Positions 29,512 through 39,821 of a stretch of 64,000 nt of DNA are shown here, one piece after another. The stretch spans positions 1,344,001-1,408,000 of the forward strand of contig OY843768.1 in the NCBI GenBank assembly GCA_963693095.2. Reading direction: 5' to 3'. The first letter of the stretch is position 1, and every line of letters starts with the position of its first letter. The notes under the pieces are model-generated. The model was not told where the DNA came from and searched no databases. It was given only the letters and a program-made list of their open reading frames with translations. The position numbers were made by a program, and so were the translations under genes. This DNA comes from Cenarchaeum sp. (GTDB lineage: Archaea > Thermoproteota > Nitrososphaeria > Nitrososphaerales > Nitrosopumilaceae).

Positions 29512-29850
29512 ATGTCCGGAGAGGAGCAGGCCAGGGGCGAGAGGCTAGCAAAGATACTCGCCGACGGCGCAGACTGGGAGAAGACGAGGACGAGCATCGA
29601 GGGCGTCATGATAGTCAGGATGCCACAGTACAAGAGCCGTCCGCCCACGCTGGCAATCGAGATAAACCCCGTGGACGCGTCTGGCTCGTCGACCAAAAAG
29701 CGCGGAGTCGTCATCAGGTCAGCAGCCGAGCTGGAGCTGATCGCGCAAATCCTCGCAAAACCCGAGCTCGTAAAACTCGCCGAGGCGATGGACACGGCAA
29801 ATCCTGCAACGTCGACTCCAAAAAAGAGCTCTGACGTGTTTCAGGTATAG
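29512..29850 (+). CDS. Conserved archaeal hypothetical protein
   Basis: DWEKTRTSIEGV...LAIEINPVD...KKRGV; TTTTAAG box about 25 nt upstream. Confidence 0.7.
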   Translation: MSGEEQARGERLAKILADGADWEKTRTSIEGVMIVRMPQYKSRPPTLAIEINPVDASGSSTKKRGVVIRSAAELELIAQILAKPELVKLAEAMDTANPATSTPKKSSDVFQV

Positions 29851-29867
29851 CGTGGGACCGCGACGAC

Positions 29868-30617
29868 ATGGCAGGTGATGCCGCAGATGAGCTATGGGCA
29901 AATGTGCGCAGCGCCATTGCGCGCGCCGATCCGTGCAATGGCACCGCAGTGGCATTCTCTGGCGGCGTTGACAGCGCGCTAGTCGCCCATGCGTGCGCAG
30001 ACATGGGCCTGCAGCCCGTTCTCCTCACCATAGGAACTGCCGGCTCGCGCGACATGCGCTTTGCTGCCCACATTGCCGGACTCATGGGCATCGAGCGCCG
30101 CGCACTAGAGATCAGCCCCGATGACATTGTGGCCTCCTCGCGCAAGGTCGACGGCATCATTGGGGAGCGCAGCCTGTCGTGGAGGGAGAACTGTGTGGCC
30201 TTTGAGCGCGTCGCGCGCCTTGCATCCACGCTGGGAATCGCGCAGGTGATCACGGCAAACGGCATTGACGAGCTCTTTTGCGGATATGACGCGTACCGCC
30301 GGATCGCCGGCGACGGGGAGGCGATCATCGAGATGATGCGCGCAAAGGTCGACGCAGAGAGGCGCATGATGCGCGCAGTCAGCGATGTGGCCGGCACGCA
30401 CGGCGTGCGAGTTGTGCAGCCGCTTCTCTCAGAGGAGTTTGTCGCATACGCGATGCGCGTCCCACTAGCCGACAAGATTGCCGGATCCGGCGACCTCTTG
30501 CGAAAGCACATCGTCCGGCGCACAGCCGAGCGTGTTGGCGTCCCGCCAAAGTCAGCATACAGCCGCAAAAAGGCGCTCCAGTACGGCAGCGGGATACACG
30601 CCGTGATGCGGCGCTAG
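29868..30617 (+). CDS. Asparagine synthase C-terminal (ATP pyrophosphatase) domain protein
   Basis: AFSGGVDS PP-loop, GIDELFCGY, KKALQYGSG; no glutaminase domain. Confidence 0.85.
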   Translation: MAGDAADELWANVRSAIARADPCNGTAVAFSGGVDSALVAHACADMGLQPVLLTIGTAGSRDMRFAAHIAGLMGIERRALEISPDDIVASSRKVDGIIGERSLSWRENCVAFERVARLASTLGIAQVITANGIDELFCGYDAYRRIAGDGEAIIEMMRAKVDAERRMMRAVSDVAGTHGVRVVQPLLSEEFVAYAMRVPLADKIAGSGDLLRKHIVRRTAERVGVPPKSAYSRKKALQYGSGIHAVMRR

Positions 30618-31972
30618 TGGCGCTCGGCCATCCTGGCCACCGAGCGGCACACAGAGTCTATTATCGATGGCGCGGCGCCCAGGTGCCTGTCAGGCACAAA
30701 TATCGCGGCAATCTCGGCTGCGCTGAGGTGCGAGGACATTGCCGCATCAGACGTGACTGCCGCTGCAAAGTCCGTTCCGGCAGCACTCGCCGCAAAGGCG
30801 ACGCGCTGGACGTCACGGTATGCGACCATGCGCGGCACGCCCTTTTTGACGAGTGCCTCGAGGACAAACTCGGCAAAGACCTGCCCGCGCGTGGCCTCTA
30901 GGTTTTTGCCCACGCGCTCGGCATCGACGCTCATGCCGTCGATGACGCGAGTCATCGTCACTATCATCTCGTCGGCCAGTATTGCGGCAGTCGGGAGGAC
31001 AAACCTCTCGTTGGCCGAGTTTGAGAGGTCGCGCTCGTGCCAGAGGGCGACGTTCTCGAGTGTGATGCCAACGTTGCTGCGCAGCAGGCGCGCCAGTGAC
31101 GTGACTCGCTCGCTCTTGGTCGGGTTGCGCTTTACGGGAACCGCACTGCTCCCCATCTGTCCCTTGCGGAACCTCTCGGCGACCTCGCGTATCTCGGTTC
31201 GCTGCAGGTTGCGCACCTCGACTGCGATCTTTTCAAGGGTCGTGCCGAGGAGCGAGAGGGCAAAGACGTACTCGGCATGGCGCTCGCGCGGGACGACCTG
31301 CGTTGCCACGTCGACTGGAACGAGGCCGAGGCGGGGCGCGACTGCCCTCTGGACGCGCACGGCGCGCGCGCCCATAAGCGAGCCCGTTCCCACCACGCCG
31401 AGCGTCTTGCACAGGAGGATGCGCTTTTTTGACTCTTCGAGGCGCTCGACATGGCGCGACATCTCAGCAGCCCAGTTTGCGAACTTTAGCCCAAACGGTA
31501 TGATGCTCGCGTGCTGGCCATGCGTCCTTCCCACGGCCGGAAGGCGCCGGTACTGCCTGGCGCGGCGGGCCAGCGCGAGGGCCAGGCGGATCGCGCGCGG
31601 CTGCAGGATCGCCAGCACGTCGCGCATCTGCATCGAGTTGCTCGTGTCCACCAGGTCGTTGCTAGTGAGCCCATAGTGAATCCACGGCCTTGCGTGCGCG
31701 GCGCACTTTTCAGAGAGGGCCTGGACGAGGGCTGCTGTGTCATGGTCTGTCTTTGCCTCAAGGGCGGCAATTCGGCGTGGCGTGATGCGCACGCGCCTTG
31801 CCACGCGCGAGATCTCGCGTGCGGCTGCCCTGGGTATTATGCCCAGATCTCCCTGCGCTGCGGCCACGGCCCCCTCGACCTGGACCTGGTAGTCGATCTT
31901 GCGCTGCTCTCCAAACACGGCGAGCATCTCTGGCGTGCCGTACCTTCCAGAGTCTATGGGCAGAATGGCCAA
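30614..31972 (-). CDS. purB: Adenylosuccinate lyase
   Basis: HYGLTSND, GRTHGQHA, GSSAVPVKRNP, HERDLSN. Confidence 0.93.
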   Translation of the reverse strand: MAILPIDSGRYGTPEMLAVFGEQRKIDYQVQVEGAVAAAQGDLGIIPRAAAREISRVARRVRITPRRIAALEAKTDHDTAALVQALSEKCAAHARPWIHYGLTSNDLVDTSNSMQMRDVLAILQPRAIRLALALARRARQYRRLPAVGRTHGQHASIIPFGLKFANWAAEMSRHVERLEESKKRILLCKTLGVVGTGSLMGARAVRVQRAVAPRLGLVPVDVATQVVPRERHAEYVFALSLLGTTLEKIAVEVRNLQRTEIREVAERFRKGQMGSSAVPVKRNPTKSERVTSLARLLRSNVGITLENVALWHERDLSNSANERFVLPTAAILADEMIVTMTRVIDGMSVDAERVGKNLEATRGQVFAEFVLEALVKKGVPRMVAYRDVQRVAFAASAAGTDFAAAVTSDAAMSSHLSAAEIAAIFVPDRHLGAAPSIIDSVCRSVARMAERH

Positions 31973-32065
31973 CGCCGCAGCGGCGCGCAGCCGTAAAAAT
32001 AAAGGTTGTTTGCTCGCCTGCGGCCCATGGTTTAAATTGCAAGATCGCCTGCGCACGCATACGCA

Positions 32066-33508
32066 ATGTCGGCACTGGTGCCCAAGAAGGTCGGCGACCT
32101 AGAACACGTCATAGAGCCCACTGCCGAGAACGGCATGAGGGTTCCCGTGCGCATACTTGCCGACGAGGAGCTCCTCGCAAAGATGAGGCGGGATCGCACG
32201 ATACTGCAGGCTACTAATGTCGCCTCGATGCCCGGAATAGTCGGGAGCTGCGTCGTGCTCCCGGATGGCCACGAGGGCTATGGGTTTCCCGTCGGAGGAG
32301 TTGCGGCCATGGACGCCGAGGAGGGCATGATAAGCCCCGGAGGCGTCGGCTATGACATCAACTGCGGCGTGAGGCTCCTGCGGACAGGACTAGGCGAGGC
32401 TGCCGTCCGCTCAAGGCTAAAGGAGATCGTCCTGGACCTGTTCAACACGATACCCACCGGGGTGGGCTCCAAGGGAACCATGAGGCTTACCCGCGATGAG
32501 CTCGACGAAGTCATGGTTCGCGGGGTGGAGTGGACCGTGGACGGCGGGCACGGGATCTCGGGGGATGCCGAGTCGTGCGAGGAGGGCGGCCAGATGGCCG
32601 GTGCTGATCCCGCAAAGGTGTCAGACAGGGCGCGAAAGCGCGGCACGCCGCAGCTTGGAAGCCTCGGTTCTGGAAACCACTTTTTGGAGATACAGCGTGT
32701 CGCCGAGATTCACGATGAGGAGGCCGCCAAGCGCATGGGCCTTGAGGTGGGCCAGGTGACCGTGCTCACGCACTGCGGCTCGCGCGGGTTTGGCCACCAG
32801 GTCTGCAGCGACTACCTAAGGGTGTCCGAGACGGCACTCACAAAGTACGGCATATCGCTGCGTGATCGAGAGCTTGCGTGCGTGCCAAACGCGTCAGAGG
32901 AGGGAGAGGCGTATCGTGGCGCAATGTGCGCTGCGCTCAACTTTGCGTGGAGCAACAGGCAGATGATCACCGACTGGACGCGCAAGTCGTTCTCGAGGAT
33001 CTTTGACGCCGGCGAGGACGAGCTCGAGCTCGTGTATGACGTGTCTCACAACATTGCAAAGGTCGAGGAGCACAAGGTCGACGGGCAGAGGCGCCGCGTC
33101 GTTGTGCACCGAAAGGGCGCAACGCGCGCGTTTCCGGCGGGGCTCGCCGAGGTTCCCGCAAGGTATCGTGACCTGGGCCAGCCCGTCCTGGTGCCCGGCT
33201 CGATGGGAACTGCGAGCTGGGTCCTTTTGGGCAAGCCCGGCGCAATGGAGTCGACGTTTGGATCCACTGCGCATGGGGCCGGACGGACAATGTCGCGCTC
33301 AAAGGCGAGGCGCGACTATACCGAGGAGCAGATAAGGGGCGAGCTCCGGAGCGCAGGCGTGTTTGTAAAGTCGATGACGCGCGAGGGCCTCGTCGAGGAG
33401 GCCCCGCAGGCCTACAAGGACGTTGATCGCGTCGTGTCCGTGTCACACGATCTCGGCATAGCCACAAAGGTCGCCAAGCTCGTCCCGATGGGGGTAATCA
33501 AGGGATGA
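32066..33508 (+). CDS. rtcB: tRNA-splicing ligase RtcB
   Basis: PDGHEGYGFP, DINCG, GSGNHF, HNIAK, HRKGAT, HGAGR, EAPQAYK. Confidence 0.95.
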   Translation: MSALVPKKVGDLEHVIEPTAENGMRVPVRILADEELLAKMRRDRTILQATNVASMPGIVGSCVVLPDGHEGYGFPVGGVAAMDAEEGMISPGGVGYDINCGVRLLRTGLGEAAVRSRLKEIVLDLFNTIPTGVGSKGTMRLTRDELDEVMVRGVEWTVDGGHGISGDAESCEEGGQMAGADPAKVSDRARKRGTPQLGSLGSGNHFLEIQRVAEIHDEEAAKRMGLEVGQVTVLTHCGSRGFGHQVCSDYLRVSETALTKYGISLRDRELACVPNASEEGEAYRGAMCAALNFAWSNRQMITDWTRKSFSRIFDAGEDELELVYDVSHNIAKVEEHKVDGQRRRVVVHRKGATRAFPAGLAEVPARYRDLGQPVLVPGSMGTASWVLLGKPGAMESTFGSTAHGAGRTMSRSKARRDYTEEQIRGELRSAGVFVKSMTREGLVEEAPQAYKDVDRVVSVSHDLGIATKVAKLVPMGVIKG

Positions 33509-33933
33509 GCGGTCCGGACGCCGAGCTAGAGTCGCTCATGGCAAGGAGGATGGCCGAGATGCGCAAGAACGTCGCGCGCGAGGCCGCCGTCGAGGCAAAG
33601 CAGCCTGATGAGAGCGGCGATTCCCAAAAGCCCGCACGCAGCGCGCGCGACATTCTAGTCGCGCGTCTCGGGCACCGCGGACTAGAGGTCCTTCAGAACG
33701 CCGAGGCCCAGTGGCCGCGCGAGATGGCCATAGTAGTCTCAAAGCTCGGCGAGCTCGTCGAGTCCGGCGAGCTGCGCGAGACGATCAGCGGCGGTGATCT
33801 CATGGAGCTTCTCAGGGCAATCGGAATACACGTGAGGCTGCAGACGCGCATAAGCGTGGAGAGCGACGGCAAGCTCGTCTCGCTGTCTGACAAGCTTGGA
33901 GCCGCCAGGGCACGGCCTGATGACGTGGGTTAG
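33505..33933 (+). CDS. PDCD5-like double-stranded DNA-binding protein
   Basis: DAELESLMARRMAEM N-terminus, helical bundle, ISGGDLMELL. Confidence 0.65.
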   Translation: MSGPDAELESLMARRMAEMRKNVAREAAVEAKQPDESGDSQKPARSARDILVARLGHRGLEVLQNAEAQWPREMAIVVSKLGELVESGELRETISGGDLMELLRAIGIHVRLQTRISVESDGKLVSLSDKLGAARARPDDVG

Positions 33934-34245
33934 ATGGCACTAACATACGACATAAAGACGACAAGTGGGCCAGATGACCGGCTGTCGATCCGGCGCGCAA
34001 TGTCGCACATGCACACAGAGTGTGGATCGGCCGGCGCATACAATATTGGTCCCGAGTCGGCAAGCATGGGCTGGACGTTCTTTAGCCTGCACATTGATGA
34101 CACGCTTGCTGATGCGATCGAGGCAAAGTTTGCAGACATGATCCGGCGCTATCGCGGCAAGGACGCAGAAAAGCTTGACTCGTTCATGTCAGACTATTTT
34201 GAGTCGCGTGGGTGTACCGGCAGGATATCGCGGTCGTCAGACTAG
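33934..34245 (+). CDS. Conserved thaumarchaeal hypothetical protein
   Basis: ATG directly after upstream stop; [13 protein letters not shown]. Confidence 0.65.
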   Translation: MALTYDIKTTSGPDDRLSIRRAMSHMHTECGSAGAYNIGPESASMGWTFFSLHIDDTLADAIEAKFADMIRRYRGKDAEKLDSFMSDYFESRGCTGRISRSSD

Positions 34246-34859
34246 ACGCGCCGGCCGCGCTTGCCGCCCTTTTTGCGCGTCATGTCATGCGGTATTGGCG
34301 TGACGTCATCTATGCGTCCTATCTTGAAGCCGCCGCGCGCGAGTGCGCGGATCGCCGCCTGTGCGCCGGGGCCGGGCACGCGCGAGCCGACACCGCCGAC
34401 GGCGCGTATGCGTATGTGCAGCGCGGTGAACCCCTTGGAGCGAGCCGCCTCGACTACCGTGTTGGCAGCCTTCATTGCCGCAAACGGCGAGGACTCGTAC
34501 CTGTCGGCATTCACGTGGTTGCCACCAGAGCTTATCGAGACGGTCTCGGCGCCCGTGAGGTCAGTCATGTGGATTATCGTGTTGTTATAGCTGCTAAAGA
34601 TGTGCGCGATCGCCCACTTTTCACGGTCTGTCTTTGGTGTCGCAGCCGGAGTCGCCTCGGCGCCCTCGGCGGCCGACGCTGCATCCTGCTCTCCGCCCTC
34701 GGCGGCATCCACGGCAGTGGCCTCCTGCTCTCCGCCCTCGGCGGCATCCACGGCAGTGGCCTCCTGCCCCGCTGCTGCGGCGGGATCCTCAACTGGCGTG
34801 GGCTCCTCTAGGGACTGCGCCGTCTCAGTCGTGCCTGCCTGCGCTTCTGCCTCTGACAA
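34242..34859 (-). CDS. rps11: 30S ribosomal protein S11 with acidic N-terminal extension
   Basis: [39 protein letters not shown]. Confidence 0.95.
   Translation of the reverse strand: MSEAEAQAGTTETAQSLEEPTPVEDPAAAAGQEATAVDAAEGGEQEATAVDAAEGGEQDAASAAEGAEATPAATPKTDREKWAIAHIFSSYNNTIIHMTDLTGAETVSISSGGNHVNADRYESSPFAAMKAANTVVEAARSKGFTALHIRIRAVGGVGSRVPGPGAQAAIRALARGGFKIGRIDDVTPIPHDMTRKKGGKRGRRV
34684..34767. repeat. 39-bp tandem repeat (2 exact copies plus partial) in rps11 extension
   Basis: TCCTGCTCTCCGCCCTCGGCGGCATCCACGGCAGTGGCC x2; encodes [13 protein letters not shown]. Confidence 0.9.
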
Positions 34860-34963
34860 TGCCACATTGGCCCCATTTGGGCCTAAAAAACATACCACAC
34901 GCGCACGCCTAGGGCAGGCCGGGGGCAATCCAAAAATCCGGGCTCGGCTGTGAGCCCGCGGAG

Positions 34964-36271
34964 ATGGCAAGAACCGTCCTCAGGGTGGGCATCGATGACA
35001 CGGACTCTAGGCTAGGAATGTGCACCACATACCTGGCATATCGCATTGCCGGGGAGCTCAGGGCGCGCGGTGACGAGATTGCCCAATATCCGCGCCTCAT
35101 CAGGCTAAACCCAAACGTGCCGTGGAGGACGCGCGGGAACGGCGCAGTGGGCCTGAGCGTGCTCACGCATGACGCGCAGGGCGCAAGGCGCAAGATCGTG
35201 GAGATGGTCCGAGACGGCTCCGAGACGGCCAGCGGGGCAAACCCTGGGCTTGCCTTCCTCGAGTCCGAGGCCGTGCCTGCGGCCCTCTCCGAGTTTGCGC
35301 ACGAGGCGCTCTGGCGCGTCATCCCGCGCGAGCGCGCAAGGCGCATGGCATCACGCTGGGGCCTAGAGTGCCACTCGCTTGGAAACGGTCAGGGTCTTGT
35401 CGGCGCGATAAGCGCAATAGGGTACAGGCTAGGCGACTATACAATGGAGCTCCTCGCATACAGGAGACCGGACAGGGTCGGCACGGAGCGCGCAATAGAG
35501 GGGCAGAGCGTGCGCGAGATGCACGAGCGGACGTTTCCCTCCACGTTTAACAGCTATGACGCCGCGCGCGATCGCGTCCTAGTCGCCCCGCATGGCCCTG
35601 ATCCCGTGCTATACGGAATCCGCGGCGAGGATGCCCGCTCGATCATTGCTGCAAGTGGCCACATACGCGGCGAGAGCCCGCTTGGCCACATGGTCTTTGC
35701 ATCAAACCAGGGAACCGGCGACCACCTGGCCCACGCGCTAGATGCGCGCGCACTGCGCGCACACGAGTCAGGAACCATAGAGGGCACGCTCGCAAGCGAA
35801 CCAGAGAACATCGGCGGCGGCCATGTGCGCCTCGAGGTGTCATGCGGCGGCCCGCGGATCACATGCATGGTGTATCACCCCACCGGCCTGGGCAGTGTTG
35901 CGCGCGCGCTGGCGCGCGGTGACCATGTCCGCCTCGGCGGCGGCGTGCGGCGCGCGACACAGTCAAGGGGACGCACACTCAATGTCGAGACGATCGAGGT
36001 CTTGCGGCTGGTGCGGCTGGTGCGCGAGGCCAACAAGATGTGCGTCGCGTGCGGCAAGCGAATGAAGTCCGCCGGAGTTGGCCAGGGGTATAGGTGCGTG
36101 CGCTGCGGGGGAACGTCGGGCAAAAAGGAGGCAGTCGAGATTCGTCGCACCGTGCGCACCGGAGCCCACGTCGCGCTGCCCTCGGCCCAGAGGCACCTCT
36201 CGAGGCCGGCCCACCGCGCGGCCGGCGCACGTGCGCAGCCGCGCACACTGGCAAGTGGATGGATTTTATAG
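34964..36271 (+). CDS. tiaS: tRNA(Ile2) agmatinylcytidine synthetase
   Basis: [40 protein letters not shown]-terminal Zn ribbon. Confidence 0.93.
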   Translation: MARTVLRVGIDDTDSRLGMCTTYLAYRIAGELRARGDEIAQYPRLIRLNPNVPWRTRGNGAVGLSVLTHDAQGARRKIVEMVRDGSETASGANPGLAFLESEAVPAALSEFAHEALWRVIPRERARRMASRWGLECHSLGNGQGLVGAISAIGYRLGDYTMELLAYRRPDRVGTERAIEGQSVREMHERTFPSTFNSYDAARDRVLVAPHGPDPVLYGIRGEDARSIIAASGHIRGESPLGHMVFASNQGTGDHLAHALDARALRAHESGTIEGTLASEPENIGGGHVRLEVSCGGPRITCMVYHPTGLGSVARALARGDHVRLGGGVRRATQSRGRTLNVETIEVLRLVRLVREANKMCVACGKRMKSAGVGQGYRCVRCGGTSGKKEAVEIRRTVRTGAHVALPSAQRHLSRPAHRAAGARAQPRTLASGWIL

Positions 36272-36360
36272 CGGGGAGTAGATTTGAACTACTGATTTGC
36301 GGGTTATGAGCCCGCCGGGATGACCTTGTCCCTGTTGTGGTCTGACTTCCCCACCCCGCT
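36269..36360 (-). tRNA. Initiator tRNA-Met(CAT) with ~17-nt D-arm insertion (putative intron)
   Basis: AGCGGGG acceptor (A1-U72), GCGGG-CTCATAA-CCCGC anticodon arm with three G-C pairs, GTTCAAATC; 92 nt long. Confidence 0.88.
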
Positions 36361-36413
36361 GCGCGAGCGCCGGCGCGTTGCCGTATATACGCTTTTGTTG
36401 GAGGCGCGCGCGC

Positions 36414-38348
36414 CTACTTTGGGTCAGAGCCGTCGGCCGGACGCGAAGTCTCGGCGTCATCTGCATTGGCGTCATCTGCATTGGAGTCACCTGCAGTGCC
36501 GGCATCGGCGGCATTGCCGTCGTCAGCTGCAGCCGCGCCGTCGCCGGGCCCTGCTCCAGACTGCTCCCCTCCGGCACCCGCACCGCCCTGCGGTGGGGCT
36601 GCATTCTTGTATATCTCTGTGGTCACCTCGTTGACTATGGTCCGCAGCGCGTCTAGGCGCGCCTGCACGTCCTCAGAGTCGCGCTCGAGTGACTCGCGCA
36701 GCTCGCGGATCGACTCGGATATCTTGGCGCCCTTTTCCTGCGGAACCTTGTCCTTGAGATCATGGTTGATCATCTTTTCAACCGTATAGATGAACGACTC
36801 TGCCTCGTTCTTTAGGTCCACGCGCGCCTTCTTTTTCCTGTCCTCCTCGGAGTGCTTGTCCGCATCCTCGCGCAGCCTTGTTATCTCGTCATCAGAGAGT
36901 TTTGTGCTCGACTCGATCGTTATAGTCGCCTCCTTTTGTGTGCCGAGGTCCTTTGCCGTCACGTTGATGATCCCGTTTGCGTCAATGTCAAACTTTACCT
37001 CGACTTGCGGCACGCCGCGCGGCGCGGGAGGCATGTCCATGAGGTTAAAGCTTCCGAGTGAGACGTTGTCTGCGACCATTGGCCTCTCGCCCTGGACCAC
37101 ATGGATCGTCACGGCAGTCTGGTTGTCCGCTGCAGTCGTGAACACCTTGCTCTTTGACGTGGGGATTGTCGTGTTGCGCTCTATTAGCGGCTCGCGCACG
37201 CCGCCGACTGTCTCTATCCCAAGTGTCAGCGGGGTGACGTCTAGGAGAACGATGTCACTTGTCACGTCACCGGCAATGACGCCGGCCTGCACGGCTGCCC
37301 CCATCGCGACGGCCTCCATTGGGTCAACGCCGGACTCGGGCTCGTGTCCCATGACCTCGCCGACAAACTTGCGCACTAGCGGGATCCTCGTCGGGCCGCC
37401 GACCATGATCACCTTGTTGATGCCTGAGGCCTGGAGCTTGGAGTCGGCGAGTGCCTTTTCTATGGACGCGCGCGTCGACTCGACTATGGGGCGTATGAGC
37501 TCCTCGAGCTTTGCGCGCGTGAGGCGAACCTCGAGGTTCTTGGGGCCGGACGGGTCCTGCGCGATGAACGGGAGGTTGATCTCTGTCTCCATGACGCTTG
37601 AGAGCTCGATCTTTGCCTTCTCGGAGGCCTCACGCACGCGCGTCGAGGCAGTCGTGTCAGTCGAGAGGTCTATTCCCTCCTTTTTGCGGAACTCGTCAAT
37701 GACATACGTGATGATCGCCTTGTCCATGTCAGTGCCCCCAATCTTTGTGTCACCAGACGTGCTCATGACCTCAAACACGCCGCCGCCCATCTCCATTATC
37801 GTGACGTCAAGCGTGCCGCCGCCAAAGTCAAAGACCATGATCTTGAGATCGTGCTTTTCCTTGTCAAGTCCATACGTCAGGGCAGCGGCCGTGGGCTCGT
37901 TGATTATTCGCACGACATCAAGGCCCGCTATCGTGCCGGCGTCCTTGGTCGCCTGGCGCTGGTTGTCATCAAAGTATGCCGGAACGGTGATGACGGCCTT
38001 TTCGACCTTGTCTCCGGTGAACGCCTCGGTGTCCTTTTTGATCTTTTGGAGGATAAATGCGGATATCTGCTGTGGTTTGTACTCTTTGCCGTGAATCGCT
38101 ATTGTGTCATCGGTGCCCATCTTTCTCTTGACGGCCACGATGGTTCCGTCAGCGTTGCTGACGGCCTGGCGCCGTGCCGGCTCTCCGACTAGGAGATCCC
38201 CCTCCTTCGTGAACGCGACGACAGACGGGAAGGCCTTGCCGTAGGCAGTTGTCCCCTCGGCGGCCGGCACAATAGTGGGCTTGCCGCCCATCATCACGGC
38301 GGCCGCAGAGTTGCTCGTTCCAAGGTCAATTCCCACAATCTTAGCCAT
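36414..38348 (-). CDS. dnaK: Chaperone DnaK (Hsp70)
   Basis: [37 protein letters not shown]. Confidence 0.97.
   Translation of the reverse strand: MAKIVGIDLGTSNSAAAVMMGGKPTIVPAAEGTTAYGKAFPSVVAFTKEGDLLVGEPARRQAVSNADGTIVAVKRKMGTDDTIAIHGKEYKPQQISAFILQKIKKDTEAFTGDKVEKAVITVPAYFDDNQRQATKDAGTIAGLDVVRIINEPTAAALTYGLDKEKHDLKIMVFDFGGGTLDVTIMEMGGGVFEVMSTSGDTKIGGTDMDKAIITYVIDEFRKKEGIDLSTDTTASTRVREASEKAKIELSSVMETEINLPFIAQDPSGPKNLEVRLTRAKLEELIRPIVESTRASIEKALADSKLQASGINKVIMVGGPTRIPLVRKFVGEVMGHEPESGVDPMEAVAMGAAVQAGVIAGDVTSDIVLLDVTPLTLGIETVGGVREPLIERNTTIPTSKSKVFTTAADNQTAVTIHVVQGERPMVADNVSLGSFNLMDMPPAPRGVPQVEVKFDIDANGIINVTAKDLGTQKEATITIESSTKLSDDEITRLREDADKHSEEDRKKKARVDLKNEAESFIYTVEKMINHDLKDKVPQEKGAKISESIRELRESLERDSEDVQARLDALRTIVNEVTTEIYKNAAPPQGGAGAGGEQSGAGPGDGAAAADDGNAADAGTAGDSNADDANADDAETSRPADGSDPK
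36453..36482. repeat. 15-bp exact tandem duplication in dnaK tail
   Basis: GGCGTCATCTGCATT x2 ([10 protein letters not shown]). Confidence 0.8.
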
Positions 38349-38943
38349 CTTGCTCTCCCACTCTCCTCGATACTGCCACTAGTGACGGTCGCAAGACGCG
38401 GCCATGGCAAATATATCCCTTGCGAGCCACGCTCGTCACCGTCCCGTCATCTAGCGCCGGATCAACGACTACGCGCACGGACTCGTGCTTTAGCGGGTCA
38501 AATGGCTCGCCTATCGCCTCGATCTCTGTCACGCCGTTTCGGGCCAAGAGCGCATCAGTGTTCTTTAGTATCCCCTCAAGGCCAGAGGCGTCTGCGCCTG
38601 ATGACGCGTCGCGCGCACGCGCAAGGTCGTCGCGTATGTTGACGAGCTCGGCCATAATCGGCTCCACTGCAGAGGCCACGCGCATCGAGACGTCGTGCTC
38701 TGCCCTGCGTCGCATGTTCTCGAGGTCCGCCATTGCCCTCTGCAGGCGATCCTCGCACTCGCCCAGCGGAGCCGCGGCAGGCTCGGCGGGTTCCCCTGCC
38801 GCACCTTCCACGGTCTCGCCGCCCTCATCGGGCTCCATGACACGAACACGCACAGGTTCCTCATGCGTGCCCCCGTCGCCACAGGCGCAATCCCCATGCT
38901 CGGCATCGTCTCGGGCAGGCTCTCCTTGCACGACATTGGGCAC
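38341..38943 (-). CDS. grpE: Nucleotide exchange factor GrpE
   Basis: [22 protein letters not shown]...VLRPSLVAV; directly upstream of dnaK. Confidence 0.92.
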   Translation of the reverse strand: MPNVVQGEPARDDAEHGDCACGDGGTHEEPVRVRVMEPDEGGETVEGAAGEPAEPAAAPLGECEDRLQRAMADLENMRRRAEHDVSMRVASAVEPIMAELVNIRDDLARARDASSGADASGLEGILKNTDALLARNGVTEIEAIGEPFDPLKHESVRVVVDPALDDGTVTSVARKGYICHGRVLRPSLVAVSRRVGEQDG

Positions 38944-39128
38944 AAGTTGCGCATAATTATAGCTTGTGGCGTGCGTCCGGCCAGGCTTGCAGCAGGACGG
39001 GGGCCATCAGACATGGCCATAACCCGTATGCTCTGATTGGCGCACCATGCCAGATGGCATCCGCACGACATCTCACAAGAGGCCGGTTCCCTTTGTGGCC
39101 ATGGAGATCCTAAATCCGCCACATGCCG

Positions 39129-39746
39129 CTACTCGGGCATGTGACTGCCGGCATCAGCCTCGCGTCTCCTGAGCCCCACCAACTGCGGATCATCCAGGCG
39201 CAGCATCGCATCCTCAAGCTGGACAAGACTGCGATCCATGTAAAGGAGTGTGGCTTTTGTGCAGGAATTTCCGGCGATGATTGCGGCGAGTGCCGTATCC
39301 CTGATCCTTTCTGCAACAAATGAACCGTCATGGCTCAACAGATTGCCGTGCTGTGCTCGAACAATTCCAATGTTTTCGGTTATATGACGCATTGTGGTCA
39401 TACTGTCAGGGGCGGATGATTGCGTTCCAGACCTCATTGTGCCCTGCACAAGCGTACGGCACAGATCAATTGTGGCAAACAACTGATCCATGTTTCTGGC
39501 GTCCCTGTCTCGCAACACGGCCTCTCGAGATCGCCGTGCCCTCAAGTGAAGTTTTTGGGCGATATAAAAGATGGCCAGCGCGATCGGCAATGCAAGTATA
39601 GAAAAGAGCGAGCCCAGGGTTCCCATGTCATGCACTATTCCTGCCGTGACCGCAACTATAAGCACCGCAGTAATTGCCGCAATAATAACAGAAGTTGTGC
39701 CTAACGTGCCCTCTCGTGGCTCACGTGAACCGCACGCCATTCGCAT
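39129..39746 (-). CDS. Orphan membrane protein (two N-terminal TM helices)
   Basis: 205-aa ORF in AT-richer insert; two hydrophobic segments, then helical soluble domain. Confidence 0.55.
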   Translation of the reverse strand: MRMACGSREPREGTLGTTSVIIAAITAVLIVAVTAGIVHDMGTLGSLFSILALPIALAIFYIAQKLHLRARRSREAVLRDRDARNMDQLFATIDLCRTLVQGTMRSGTQSSAPDSMTTMRHITENIGIVRAQHGNLLSHDGSFVAERIRDTALAAIIAGNSCTKATLLYMDRSLVQLEDAMLRLDDPQLVGLRRREADAGSHMPE

Positions 39747-39821
39747 GGCACGATCATCTCACACTAGCTGGGGTTGTGCGCATGCACAACATGGCGACAG
39801 TGTATGACTCGGGACATCTTG

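Noticed and set aside
27867-29860. tRNA-His-integrated mobile element
   Set aside because: No integrase and no duplicated tRNA 3' end found by eye
34684-34767. Direct repeats as a possible CRISPR array
   Set aside because: Contiguous, no spacers, in-frame inside rps11; no cas genes in the window
36269-36360. tRNA-Ile2(CAT), the TiaS substrate
   Set aside because: A1-U72 pair and three consecutive G-C anticodon-stem pairs indicate initiator Met
39123-39323. Cys-rich 66-aa ORF (CGFC...CGEC) on the plus strand
   Set aside because: Lies almost wholly antisense to the more plausible 39129-39746 ORF
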